From an uncultured Candidatus Saccharibacteria bacterium (GTDB lineage Bacteria > Patescibacteriota > Doudnabacteria > UBA920), in contig CAZDIP010000001.1 in assembly GCA_964505635.1 (NCBI GenBank), positions 40,174 through 104,173 of the forward strand: a stretch of DNA of 64,000 nucleotides, given 5' to 3'. This document shows, piece after piece, positions 45,090-53,798 of the stretch. Position 1 is the first letter of the stretch. Each line of letters starts with the position of its first letter. Made by a program: the position numbers and the translations under genes. The notes under the pieces are model-generated. The model was not told the DNA's origin and did no database searches. It saw only the letters and a program-made list of their open reading frames with translations.

Positions 45090-45686
45090 TTAGGTTTTGT
45101 TTTTTTGTTTATTTAATATGTCTGAAATTTGATAGCCTTTATAAATTATATGGCTATTTTCTCGTTCATAAATTTCTTTTTTCTCTTTTGAAGTAGAAAT
45201 CTCTCCGTCTAAGTATAAAGGATGGATGCCTATAGTAAACCAAATGGCTTTATATAACTCATCAATTTCATATAAGGTTAGGCTGTATTCTTTATGAACA
45301 CCAGAAGGTCGGTCATAATAAATTATCCAGCCATCATTTATTTTCATACTTTCATTTATATCCTCATTGTTATCTGGATAGCGAATTTCTTCCCATTGAT
45401 GCAATCTTTCTATAGTTTTTCGTTCGTCATATAGACTTAAATCCGCCTTTGGATACATTTCTTTAAATTTTTCCCAAATAGCTGGCAAATTATGACCAAG
45501 CTTTTCTTTTATAACTTTTTTTAGCAACATTTCAATAGCGTGATGAAAAAGATTTGCAGCTATAGGAATTAAACCGCCAAAAGTTGCCCATCTGGCTGCT
45601 AAATAGTATTGCACAGATATAGTCATATGCCGGTCTCGTGTAGTTTTGTCGTCCATAAATTTGTAATTACACCTTAAGACTTTCAT
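45090..45686 (-). CDS. HEPN-like domain protein (putative)
   Basis: LFHHAIEMLLKKVIKE and ERKTIERLHQ (Rx6H-like). The start may be M21 at 45626 (MTISV), which would avoid overlapping the kinase gene. Confidence 0.4.
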   Translation of the reverse strand: MKVLRCNYKFMDDKTTRDRHMTISVQYYLAARWATFGGLIPIAANLFHHAIEMLLKKVIKEKLGHNLPAIWEKFKEMYPKADLSLYDERKTIERLHQWEEIRYPDNNEDINESMKINDGWIIYYDRPSGVHKEYSLTLYEIDELYKAIWFTIGIHPLYLDGEISTSKEKKEIYERENSHIIYKGYQISDILNKQKNKT

Positions 45687-46650
45687 CTAACCAAGAGTTC
45701 TCATAAAAGTCAGAAATTTTATCTGCTGCTTTTTTTAAAGCACGCCCTTCCCATAAACCATTTTGGTGGTCAATTAAAGTCTCTAAAAATGGATCTAGGT
45801 AATAAAGCCTTACTCTGTTCGCTAAGTTAGGAACTTGAAATAGTGTCGGGTAATACTTTTTTAGCCAACCAAGTTCTTTAGTCATTTGGTAATCGCCGTA
45901 TAGGTGTTCTATTTTTTCTTCTACTGTAAATTTTGGGCGATGAAAGGTGTCCATAATTTTCCAAAGTTCGTAGTCCCTTGGTGCTTGGCAAGCCCAGTCT
46001 AAATCTATAATTCCGGTAAGCTGACCGTTTTTATGGAAAATATTTTCTAAATGTATATCTTGGTGAACCATTACGGCCGTGCCAGCTTCATCTAAGCTGG
46101 AAATGTTATTTTTGTAAAATTGCACTAACATATCGATTTTGTCAGCAATTTCCTTTGGAAGCTTGTCTTTTTGGATTAACTTAATTTCTTTTTCCGTTAA
46201 CCTTTCTACTGCATACTTTAAGTTGTTAAAAGAAGTATAGGAAACAATAGGCATACTATAACTGTCGCAGCTAATAGAGTGCCAAAGTTGTAGCTGTTCG
46301 GCTAGTTGTTCTATAAGGCTTTCTTTTTGACTATTGCTAAATGACATCCAATCGTAGACTAAATTATTACCTACTACCATTTCCATTAATATATAACGAT
46401 TGTCTTCAAATGAACCAAAGTCAATTATTTTAGGAACTTTTGCTCCTTTGCTTAAAAGTTTAGCTGTTATTTCTTGTGCTGGTTTTAAAATTTCATGTTC
46501 ACCTTTACCTTCCACCTTTAAAGCATATTTACCGCCTAGATTGTAGACACGATTAATAGAACCGCTTGAGAAACGTTTGGTTTCAAGCGATTGGTCTAAG
46601 TTATTTTTGTTAATTACAGACTGAATAATTTTAGAATATATGTCGTCCAT
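45667..46650 (-). CDS. Phosphotransferase enzyme family (APH / protein-kinase-like) protein
   Basis: VMVHQDIHLENIF (Brenner motif), IIDLDWA and a Gly-rich N-lobe. 327 aa. Confidence 0.6.
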   Translation of the reverse strand: MDDIYSKIIQSVINKNNLDQSLETKRFSSGSINRVYNLGGKYALKVEGKGEHEILKPAQEITAKLLSKGAKVPKIIDFGSFEDNRYILMEMVVGNNLVYDWMSFSNSQKESLIEQLAEQLQLWHSISCDSYSMPIVSYTSFNNLKYAVERLTEKEIKLIQKDKLPKEIADKIDMLVQFYKNNISSLDEAGTAVMVHQDIHLENIFHKNGQLTGIIDLDWACQAPRDYELWKIMDTFHRPKFTVEEKIEHLYGDYQMTKELGWLKKYYPTLFQVPNLANRVRLYYLDPFLETLIDHQNGLWEGRALKKAADKISDFYENSWLDESLKV

Positions 46651-46773
46651 TTATAAATTATAGCCCAAATTACTAATAAATAAAACAAAAAAGTTCTCCA
46701 CTTGTAGCATTGGAAAACTCTTGTGAATCAATATTGATAGTCAAAATTGTAACTTTTTAAACAAAAATTCATT

Positions 46774-46848
46774 TGGTAGCGCTACGGGGAATCGAACCCC
46801 GATTTGGTGGATGAGAACCACCTGTCCTAACCATTAGACGATAGCGCC
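46774..46848 (-). tRNA. tRNA-Glu (anticodon CTC)
   Basis: rc: GGCGCTA-TC-GTCTAATGGTTAGGACA-GGTGG-TTCTCAT-CCACC-AAAT-CGGGGTTCGATTCCCCG-TAGCGCT-A-CCA. Confidence 0.85.
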
Positions 46849-46976
46849 AAATTCCTAACAATTCTAGCAGTTATGAAAAAAATACTCAATAAACGAAAAT
46901 AAGTTGTTTTTTTAAAAAGCCTATTGCTCAAGCAAAGGAAAATGGAAAACTTTTTTGTTTAAAACAAAAGCAAATT

Positions 46977-47005
46977 TTGACAAAAGCTTAAAAATCGGCT
47001 ATACT
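46977..47005 (+). promoter_or_regulatory. Near-consensus sigma70 promoter (TTGACA-N17-TATACT) driving the RT leader
   Basis: TTGACA at 46977-46982, a 17 nt spacer and TATACT at 47000-47005. Confidence 0.55.
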
Positions 47006-47011
47006 GTGGTC

Positions 47012-47298
47012 ATCGGGGTGGAAACCGAATAGGTTTTAACACCGACCAAAGGAATTTAACCTTTATAACAAATCGGAGAGCCAGAGCGCCCTAGCCATAA
47101 GGCAGACAGATATGAGCAGATATGCTATAATAAAGTTAGAGACCTTCCGCTTTGAGACAAACATTAAAATGTTCGCCGACAAAGTGGGAAATGCCTTTAA
47201 AAGAATACCAAGTAAAGTTGGAGCTATTAAAGAGCACTCCATTTGGAAGCTGATTAGGCGCTTGAGTTATGTAATCAGCCTCCTCCCAAATTAAAAAT
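47012..47298 (+). ncRNA. Candidate RT-associated noncoding RNA / structured leader (~285 nt) between the promoter and the RT start codon
   Basis: No SD before the RT. Contains a 12 bp hairpin GGAAGCTGATTA...TAATCAGCCTCC at 47245-47283, ending 15 nt before the RT ATG. Only a weak 60 aa ORF lies inside. Confidence 0.35.
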
Positions 47299-48609
47299 AT
47301 GGAAAATTTATTGAGCCGGCTTGGCTCTTTTATTTTGCTTGAGAAACAGGCAAAAAACGTTAATAAGCAAATTAAACGGAATGCGAAAAAGAATAAAATC
47401 GCCAATCCGCGCTTTTTTAACTTGGAAGAACTTAAGACATTACCAGAAAAAATATTAAATAAAAGTTTTACATTTGATTTACTCCGTGCCAAGACTATAC
47501 CAAAGCCTGGCAAAACCAAACGAAGACCGCTCTCAATACCAACGCCGAGAGACAGGGTCGTTTATGGTGTATTAAACAGACTGCTAAAACCTGCTCTTAT
47601 TGGGTATTTAAATCAAGCGCCTTCTTATGGAATATTAAAAAAACGCGGCGTGCATGGAGCGTATACTGAGATAAAAAAGCATTTAGCAGATGGTTGTCAT
47701 TATGTTCTAAAAGTTGATATCCAAGATTTTTTTAATAAAATTGACAAGGGAATTTTATCATTTATTTTATTTCCAAGAATTGCCAATACCGCTGACTCCT
47801 CAATTAACCATTTAATTAGGGACTGCTTAAAATTTGAATATAAGTCTTTACCGGAAGAGGAGGAGTTAAGAAAACTTTTTCCTACAAAATATTATGGCAT
47901 CGCACAAGGCAACGCTTTATCTCCACTATTTGCTGATGTCTACCTAAAGCTATTTGACTCGGAACTTAAACGTTCCGGTTTTAAAGTTGTTAGGTATGTT
48001 GATGATTTAATTGTTTTTACAAAAACAAAAAAGGAACTTTATCCAGCTTACATAAAAATTAAAAACTGTCTTAAGCCTCTAAAGCTAACTATAGATAAAT
48101 ACAATACGGGTAAATGTATAGCAACTGATATTACTCGGCATGTTGAATTTTTAGGCGTAGACATTGGACCGGGACAGATTTTAACAATACAGGGAAATAG
48201 GGTGCAAGCACTTAGGAGTAAGCTCTCGGCTTTATTAGATAGATTCTATAACAAGCGCTTTGTTCATATTTCCTATAAAGAAAAAATGGACGGTATTAAT
48301 GGACTGATTGAAGGTTGGGCTGGCGCGTATAGTATGTGTGACCGTGCTTATTTAGCAGATTTGTATGAGAAGCTAAATAAAATGATAAATAGTAATATTG
48401 ACAGCCTTTTAAATCGCGGGCTTATTGTCCAAAAAGAGCACGATTATCTATTTAATAATGTAAGACGTTTCCATTTACCTACTGGCAAAAAACGAAAGAT
48501 TACGAGGAAGAAAAAATCTCGCTATAGTTACGGAGTCAAGCCATCAAAAGGCCAATTGAAGATTTGGAGTGGCGGTATTTATAATTTAAGAGTAAATGTC
48601 CTTTACTAG
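47299..48609 (+). CDS. Reverse transcriptase (retron/group-II-like RT domain with a thumb; no endonuclease domain)
   Basis: RT motifs: RRPLSIPTPRDRVVYGVL (1/2), SYGILKKRGVHGAY (2a), YVLKVDIQDFFNKI (A), GIAQGNALSPLFADVYL (B'), RYVDDLIVF (C) and EFLGVDI (7), then a GLIEGWAGAYS thumb motif. 436 aa. Confidence 0.85.
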   Translation: MENLLSRLGSFILLEKQAKNVNKQIKRNAKKNKIANPRFFNLEELKTLPEKILNKSFTFDLLRAKTIPKPGKTKRRPLSIPTPRDRVVYGVLNRLLKPALIGYLNQAPSYGILKKRGVHGAYTEIKKHLADGCHYVLKVDIQDFFNKIDKGILSFILFPRIANTADSSINHLIRDCLKFEYKSLPEEEELRKLFPTKYYGIAQGNALSPLFADVYLKLFDSELKRSGFKVVRYVDDLIVFTKTKKELYPAYIKIKNCLKPLKLTIDKYNTGKCIATDITRHVEFLGVDIGPGQILTIQGNRVQALRSKLSALLDRFYNKRFVHISYKEKMDGINGLIEGWAGAYSMCDRAYLADLYEKLNKMINSNIDSLLNRGLIVQKEHDYLFNNVRRFHLPTGKKRKITRKKKSRYSYGVKPSKGQLKIWSGGIYNLRVNVLY

Positions 48610-48616
48610 AGCCAAA

Positions 48617-48649
48617 TAAGTTTTCCACCTGTCTCGACTTGGTCTACCA
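48617..48649. repeat. Right copy of the perfect 33 bp inverted repeat, 8 nt after the RT stop and before the RT terminator
   Basis: AAGTTTTCCACCTGTCTCGACTTGGTCTACCAT is the rc of 44990-45022. Confidence 0.8.
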
Positions 48650-48669
48650 TCATTTAGATAATCCCTTCT

Positions 48670-48695
48670 AAACCGCTAATTTGGCGGTTTTTGTA
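48670..48695 (+). terminator. Intrinsic terminator after the RT (AACCGC-TAATTT-GCGGTT followed by TTTTGTAATTT)
   Basis: Seen directly in the sequence. Confidence 0.5.
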
Positions 48696-48867
48696 ATTTA
48701 TTGTATAATTAACCAGTAAAAAGTGAAAAGTCTAGGTAAAATTGAAACAAAAATACCATTAAACATAAATGGGTAAACCCGCCTAAAATATATTTATATC
48801 TATTACAAGTTTTAAAAGTATAAAGGGGTTAAAATGTTAGGAGCTATCAAATTTCAAACAAATATTT

Positions 48868-50082
48868 ATGGCGGGTAAACAAATTTTAAAATTCCCGCAA
48901 GGGTTTTTATGGGGCGCGGCTACCGCGGCTCATCAGGTAGAAGGCAATAACAAAAATTCCGACTGGTGGATTTGGGAATATTCTCTAAGGCGCGCTAACG
49001 GCTTAAAAGCTTTGGGTTTAAATCCTTCCGATTTCCAAAGCGGGATTGCCTGCGACTCCTATAACCGCTATGAGGAAGATTTTTCATTGGCTCAAAAGCT
49101 CGGTCATAATGCGCACCGTTTAAGCATAGAATGGGCAAGAATAGAGCCTAAGGCGGGGATTTACGACGAAGCCGAACTTTCTCATTATGAAAAAGTTTTG
49201 CGGGCAGCCAAGTTTTACGGCCTTGCCACATTCGTAACCCTGCATCATTTTACAAACCCTAAATGGTTTTCTGACCAGGGCGGCTTTACCCGGAGCGAAA
49301 ATCTTATTTTCTATCAAAATTATATTGAGCTAGTCACTAAGAGATTGGGGGAATATGTTGACTTTTGGTTAACTTTTAACGAACCGGAATTGTATGCCAC
49401 GTCCAGCTATTCAGCCAGCCTTCCCAAATATTTTACCCTAAGGGAAAAATGGAAGGTGGTTAATAATTTAATAAAGGCGCACAATAACGCCGCGAATTTC
49501 ATAAGGCATTATATCCGTAAGCCCGTAAGCATGGCCTACCATCTTTCCGACTGGCAGCCCATAGGCCTTTTGGGTTTTTTTGCTTCCAATATAGCGCACT
49601 ATTTTGCCAATGAATTTTTTATAAGCAGAACCATTAAACAATGCGACTTTATAGGAGTAAATTATTATTTCCACCACCACATCGGGCTTTTTGGAACCCG
49701 CAGCCGCAGCCACAGCGGGCATAAAAAAACAGACGTGGGTTTTGGCATCCACCCCGAGGGTTTACAGCGGGTTTTGCTGAATTTAAAGAAACACAACAAA
49801 CCCATATATGTGACCGAGAATGGCTTGGCCGACTCCAAAGACGAAAAAAGAGAAAAGTTTATTGTTGACCATTTGTACTATCTTCATAAGGCAATTGAGC
49901 AGGGCGCTGACGTAAAAGGCTATTTGCATTGGAGCTTAATAGATAATTTTGAATGGGGTTATGGTTTCAAACCCCGTTTTGGGCTTATAGAAATTGACCG
50001 CGAAGACTTGTTAAGGCGCAAGGTGCGTTACAGCGCCGTAAAATATGCCGAAATATGCCGAAAGAATTATTTGGAAATTTAA
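48868..50082 (+). CDS. Beta-glucosidase, glycoside hydrolase family 1
   Basis: FLWGAATAAHQVEGN, acid/base LTFNEPE and nucleophile YVTENGLAD. Confidence 0.85.
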   Translation: MAGKQILKFPQGFLWGAATAAHQVEGNNKNSDWWIWEYSLRRANGLKALGLNPSDFQSGIACDSYNRYEEDFSLAQKLGHNAHRLSIEWARIEPKAGIYDEAELSHYEKVLRAAKFYGLATFVTLHHFTNPKWFSDQGGFTRSENLIFYQNYIELVTKRLGEYVDFWLTFNEPELYATSSYSASLPKYFTLREKWKVVNNLIKAHNNAANFIRHYIRKPVSMAYHLSDWQPIGLLGFFASNIAHYFANEFFISRTIKQCDFIGVNYYFHHHIGLFGTRSRSHSGHKKTDVGFGIHPEGLQRVLLNLKKHNKPIYVTENGLADSKDEKREKFIVDHLYYLHKAIEQGADVKGYLHWSLIDNFEWGYGFKPRFGLIEIDREDLLRRKVRYSAVKYAEICRKNYLEI

Positions 50083-50105
50083 AACAGTTTAAATTATAGT
50101 TTGTA

Positions 50106-50990
50106 ATGGTTATTTTTTTAAGCATAATCCAATATTTTGTAGCCGCCGCAGTTGACGTAATGGATAAATTTTTAATTTCCCGAGAAAAAGTCCAGGCCGT
50201 CAACTATACTTTTTTTACTGTGGTGACCGGCGCGGCGCTGCTGGTACTCTGGCCGTGGGTTTATAGTCCTTTGCCGGCTAAATTTATAGCTTTAAATTTA
50301 CTTTCCGGGGTTTTATTTTCCGGAGCCATGTATTTATTTTTTAAGGCTTTGTCGCAGGGCGAGGTCAGCAGGGTAATTCCGTTTATTTTTGGCCTGGTGC
50401 CGGTTTTTGATTTGCTCTTGGCAAAAATATTCGGCCGCGGCCAACCCCAAATGCTGGAAATGGCTGCGATTTTTTTGTTGGTTCCGGGCGCGTTAATAAT
50501 TTCCCATTCTCCAAAAGCGGATTGGGGCAGGCATATTGGACTTAAGCTTTTAAGCGCCGTCAGTTTCAGCCTTTATTTTTTATTTTGGCAATATTCCGCT
50601 CAGGAGGGGCCGGTTTTAAATAACTTGATGTGGAACCGCCTGGGAGCGGCTTTAATACTGCTTGTTTTGTTGCTTGCAAGGCCTTTTAGGCAAAAGGTGT
50701 TTGAAGTTAAGCAGGCTAAAAACAAAAAACAGACCGGTTGGCTTTTTTTGCTTAAGCAAGCCGTAGGCGGGGCTAATTTTATTTTTTACAGCGTGCTTTT
50801 AGCTAAAGGTAAAATTTCGGTCATAAACTCTTTACAGGGTTTTAGGTACGCGTTTGTGTTTTTATTGGCAATTTTTCTAAGCCGCAAATTTAAGAAAATT
50901 TTAAACGAAGAAGTAAGCAAGAAAACAATTAACCAAAAATTATTCGGCCTGTGCTTGATATTTTTTGGAGCTTTAATTTTATTTTTATGA
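50106..50990 (+). CDS. EamA-like/DMT membrane protein (about 10 TM)
   Basis: Hydrophobic 294 aa with two-fold TM repeat architecture. Confidence 0.4.
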   Translation: MVIFLSIIQYFVAAAVDVMDKFLISREKVQAVNYTFFTVVTGAALLVLWPWVYSPLPAKFIALNLLSGVLFSGAMYLFFKALSQGEVSRVIPFIFGLVPVFDLLLAKIFGRGQPQMLEMAAIFLLVPGALIISHSPKADWGRHIGLKLLSAVSFSLYFLFWQYSAQEGPVLNNLMWNRLGAALILLVLLLARPFRQKVFEVKQAKNKKQTGWLFLLKQAVGGANFIFYSVLLAKGKISVINSLQGFRYAFVFLLAIFLSRKFKKILNEEVSKKTINQKLFGLCLIFFGALILFL

Positions 50991-51976
50991 AGAAAAGATA
51001 TAAAGTTTTGTTTTTTTTAGCCGTGCTCGTATTGTTGGGATTTTTACTTTCTTTAAACGCCGGCAAAAAACCCAAAAAATTTGAATACGGGGCGACCTTT
51101 AGCCCGGCTTATGCGCAAAGTTTAGGACTTGACTGGAAACAGGTTTATACCTTGGCTCTCTCAGACCTTGGCGTGAAAAGATTAAGAATTTCGGCTTACT
51201 GGAATCAGGTAGAAAAAAGCAAAGGACAGTATGATTTTACTGATTTAGACTATCAGGTTAAAGAGGCAGAGCGGTATAATGCAAAATTAGTTCTCGCGGT
51301 CGGAAGGCGATTGCCTCGCTGGCCGGAATGCCATGACCCCGAGTGGCTTAAAGATTTGGATATAAAAGAACAGCAAAATAGCCAATTAGCATATGTTGAA
51401 GCGGTCATTTTAAGATATATGGCTTCCCCGGCGGTAGAAATTTGGCAAGTGGAAAACGAGCCTTTTTTATCGTCGTTCGGCGAATGTCCTGACTTGGATG
51501 TAAAATTTTTTGACACGGAAATCGCGCTGGTTAAAAAATTTGACCCCTCCAGGCCTGTTTTAATTTCCGACAGCGGCGAACTTTCTTTGTGGCTTAGTTC
51601 CGGCAAGCGGGGAGATATGTTTGGTACGACTCTTTACCGCTATGTTTTTTCCGACGTTTTTGACCGTTATTGGGTAAACTATATACCTTTTTGGTTTTAC
51701 CGTGTTAAAGGCGGATTTTTAAGGCTTTTGAATCCAAATAAACCGCTTGTTATAATTGAATTGCAGGCAGAACCCTGGACTACCAAGGGTATAACCCAAA
51801 CTCCCATAGATGAGCAGTTTAAAACCATGAGTATTCAAAAATTTGAAAGTATTTTGGGTGTGGCTAGGGCTACCGGATTTAACCCGCAGTATTTGTGGGG
51901 CATTGAATGGTGGTATTGGATGAAGCAGCAAGGTTACCCGGAATTTTGGGAAAAATTTAGAAAATTAAATAATTAG
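50987..51976 (+). CDS. Clan GH-A glycoside hydrolase (GH5/GH113-like) with a signal peptide
   Basis: WQVENEPF acid/base motif, (beta/alpha)8-like spacing, and the MKKRYKVLFFLAVLVLLGF signal. The ORF-track start at 50951 was trimmed to this Met. Confidence 0.5.
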   Translation: MKKRYKVLFFLAVLVLLGFLLSLNAGKKPKKFEYGATFSPAYAQSLGLDWKQVYTLALSDLGVKRLRISAYWNQVEKSKGQYDFTDLDYQVKEAERYNAKLVLAVGRRLPRWPECHDPEWLKDLDIKEQQNSQLAYVEAVILRYMASPAVEIWQVENEPFLSSFGECPDLDVKFFDTEIALVKKFDPSRPVLISDSGELSLWLSSGKRGDMFGTTLYRYVFSDVFDRYWVNYIPFWFYRVKGGFLRLLNPNKPLVIIELQAEPWTTKGITQTPIDEQFKTMSIQKFESILGVARATGFNPQYLWGIEWWYWMKQQGYPEFWEKFRKLNN

Positions 51977-52004
51977 GCTAATAGTTTATTATTAAGCGCC
52001 TGCT

Positions 52005-52778
52005 ATGAATATTATTGGTTTGGATATAGGTGGGACTAAAATCACGGCCTTAAGATTAATGCAAGGAAGGCCGGTAAAAGTTTTAACAATTTTAACCCCG
52101 AAAAATTTAACCGATTTTAAAGCGGCTGTTTTAAGTCTGGTTAACGAGCTTTCTGAAAACAAGTCATACGTTTTAGGTATTGGGGCGGCGGGATTGGTTG
52201 ACCGCAAAAAAAAGATTCTCTTACATTCACCCAACCTTAAATTTATTAAAAATTTGCACTTTCAAAAACTTTTCTCAAAAACAAAGACTCTGAAACTTGA
52301 CAACGATGCCAACTGTTTTGCCCGGGCGGAAGCCGCCTTGGGTCAGGGAAGGAGTTTTCATAATTTTGCGGGATTGACTTTGGGTACCGGAATTGGCGGC
52401 GGATTAGTTTTAAATAAAGAAGTTTACACTGGCGCGCATGGCTGGGCGGGTGAGCCGGGGGGTATGTTGCTTGGTTTGAACATAAAATTGGAACAGGCTT
52501 ACCAACAAGCAAAAAATAGTTCCGATTACAAAAAGCTGGCTCAAGTTGTCGGCATCCTTCTGGTTAATGTCTGCAAATTGTTTGACCCCGAAGCTGTAAT
52601 TTTAGGCGGGGGAATTGCGCAAAATATTCATGGTAAATTTTTGCCGCAGGCTTTAAAAATATTTAACAGCCGCTACTCAAGCCGTAGTTTAAAAAAGTTT
52701 AAAATTATTGTTTCAAAATTAAAAAATGCCGGCGCGTTAGGCGCGGCATTAATGTGTCAACAGAAACAGAAAGAGTAA
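52005..52778 (+). CDS. ROK family glucokinase/sugar kinase
   Basis: IIGLDIGGTKITA, LDNDANCFARAEA and GLTLGTGIGGG. Confidence 0.8.
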   Translation: MNIIGLDIGGTKITALRLMQGRPVKVLTILTPKNLTDFKAAVLSLVNELSENKSYVLGIGAAGLVDRKKKILLHSPNLKFIKNLHFQKLFSKTKTLKLDNDANCFARAEAALGQGRSFHNFAGLTLGTGIGGGLVLNKEVYTGAHGWAGEPGGMLLGLNIKLEQAYQQAKNSSDYKKLAQVVGILLVNVCKLFDPEAVILGGGIAQNIHGKFLPQALKIFNSRYSSRSLKKFKIIVSKLKNAGALGAALMCQQKQKE

Positions 52779-52785
52779 AAGTTTT

Positions 52786-52908
52786 ATGAAAAAAATTTTT
52801 TTAATTTTTATGTCCGCGGCTTTGCTTTCGGCAGGCTGCGCCAAAATTACTTTAAAACAGGAAGTACCCTCAAGCCCCAGGGAATCCTACGAACAGCTGC
52901 CCAGGTAA
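52786..52908 (+). CDS. Small lipoprotein (40 aa)
   Basis: MKKIFLIFMSAALLSAGC lipobox. Below the ORF-track cut-off. Confidence 0.3.
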   Translation: MKKIFLIFMSAALLSAGCAKITLKQEVPSSPRESYEQLPR

Positions 52909-52946
52909 ATTAAGGAAAAAAATTAATTTATTTCCGCCGTTTTTTG

Positions 52947-53579
52947 CTAAGGGTTTGCTTCTAGACCGCTGTTAAACTTTTCGGCTGGCCCGTTTTGAAG
53001 CTTTGTGTCAACTTTTTGTGGATTTTCTTCGGAAGAAGCTAAACTAGGCGAGGCAGCCGGCAATTTTATTTGAGAAACCAGTTTTTCAAATTCCGGCAAA
53101 TCTTTAAACCCGTTTAATCCCAGATGCTGCAAAAATTCCGTCGTTGTCCTGTACAAGGCGCTTCTTTGGTCGTCCGGATTGTGTATTTTTTCTATCAACC
53201 CCCTCATAAGCAGGGCTCGCAGGCTGTATTGGGAATTAACTCCCCTTATGGCCTCAATTTCCGCTTTGGAAATTGGCTGTCTGTAAGTTATGATTGCTAA
53301 AACTTCAACTGTGGCATCGGTTAGCTTTTCCCTCAACTCCGAGTTTAAAAAGTTTTTTACGAGCGAGGAATTTTCGCTGTTGGTGGCAAATTGGTATTCA
53401 CCCTGGTTATTTAAAAGAACAACCCCTGAGTTTTTACGAGAATTCTCGAGATTTTCCAAAGCCTGTAAAATTTCTGTTTCGGGCCGTTCTAAAATTTTAA
53501 CAAGTTCCTTAAGCTTGAGCGGCTTTTCGGAAACAAATAAAATACTTTCCAGGGCTGAGATTAAGTTTGATAGTTCCAT
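52947..53579 (-). CDS. scpB: Segregation and condensation protein B
   Basis: LESILFVSEKPLKLKELVKIL..., a tandem wHTH pattern. Confidence 0.8.
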   Translation of the reverse strand: MELSNLISALESILFVSEKPLKLKELVKILERPETEILQALENLENSRKNSGVVLLNNQGEYQFATNSENSSLVKNFLNSELREKLTDATVEVLAIITYRQPISKAEIEAIRGVNSQYSLRALLMRGLIEKIHNPDDQRSALYRTTTEFLQHLGLNGFKDLPEFEKLVSQIKLPAASPSLASSEENPQKVDTKLQNGPAEKFNSGLEANP

Positions 53580-53797
53580 AATAAAAATAATCCTAAGCTT
53601 ATTAAAATTAAACTATAAAAAATTATAGTGGTTTTTCTGCCCAATGCCGGCCTATAGCCTTTGGCCGAAGGCGGCAGCTTAATAAAGCCTTTTTCAACCA
53701 AAAAACCCAAAGTGCGTTCATATATAAAATCTACAGCTAAACTCCCGTACAGAAAACCTACTATAATAAAAGTCAATCCAATTGAAAATTTGCTCAT
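53561..53797 (-). CDS. Small membrane protein (78 aa) between scpA and scpB
   Basis: 2 TM helices. Confidence 0.35.
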   Translation of the reverse strand: MSKFSIGLTFIIVGFLYGSLAVDFIYERTLGFLVEKGFIKLPPSAKGYRPALGRKTTIIFYSLILISLGLFLLWNYQT

Positions 53798-53798
53798 T

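Noticed and set aside
47112-47519. ORFs 47112..47294(+) and 47136..47519(-) in the RT leader
   Set aside because: They lie within the candidate ncRNA and overlap the RT start. The 60 aa ORF has no homolog features. It is kept only as a remote possibility of a small accessory peptide.
47299-48609. RT as a group II intron or a DGR
   Set aside because: There is no domain V/VI-like hairpin downstream and no ~500 nt ribozyme upstream (a tRNA gene is there). Motif 4 is QGxxxSP rather than the DGR-type SQ signature. No TR/VR pair was seen.
44990-48649. The 33 bp repeat as a CRISPR repeat
   Set aside because: The length is CRISPR-like, but there are only two copies. They are inverted and 3.6 kb apart, with no spacer array and no cas genes.
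50041-50064. Tandem 10 nt duplication AATATGCCGA x2 at the 3' end of the GH1 gene
   Set aside because: It is real in the sequence but changes only the last few codons. It is a minor local duplication, possibly a sequencing or assembly stutter, and was not pursued.
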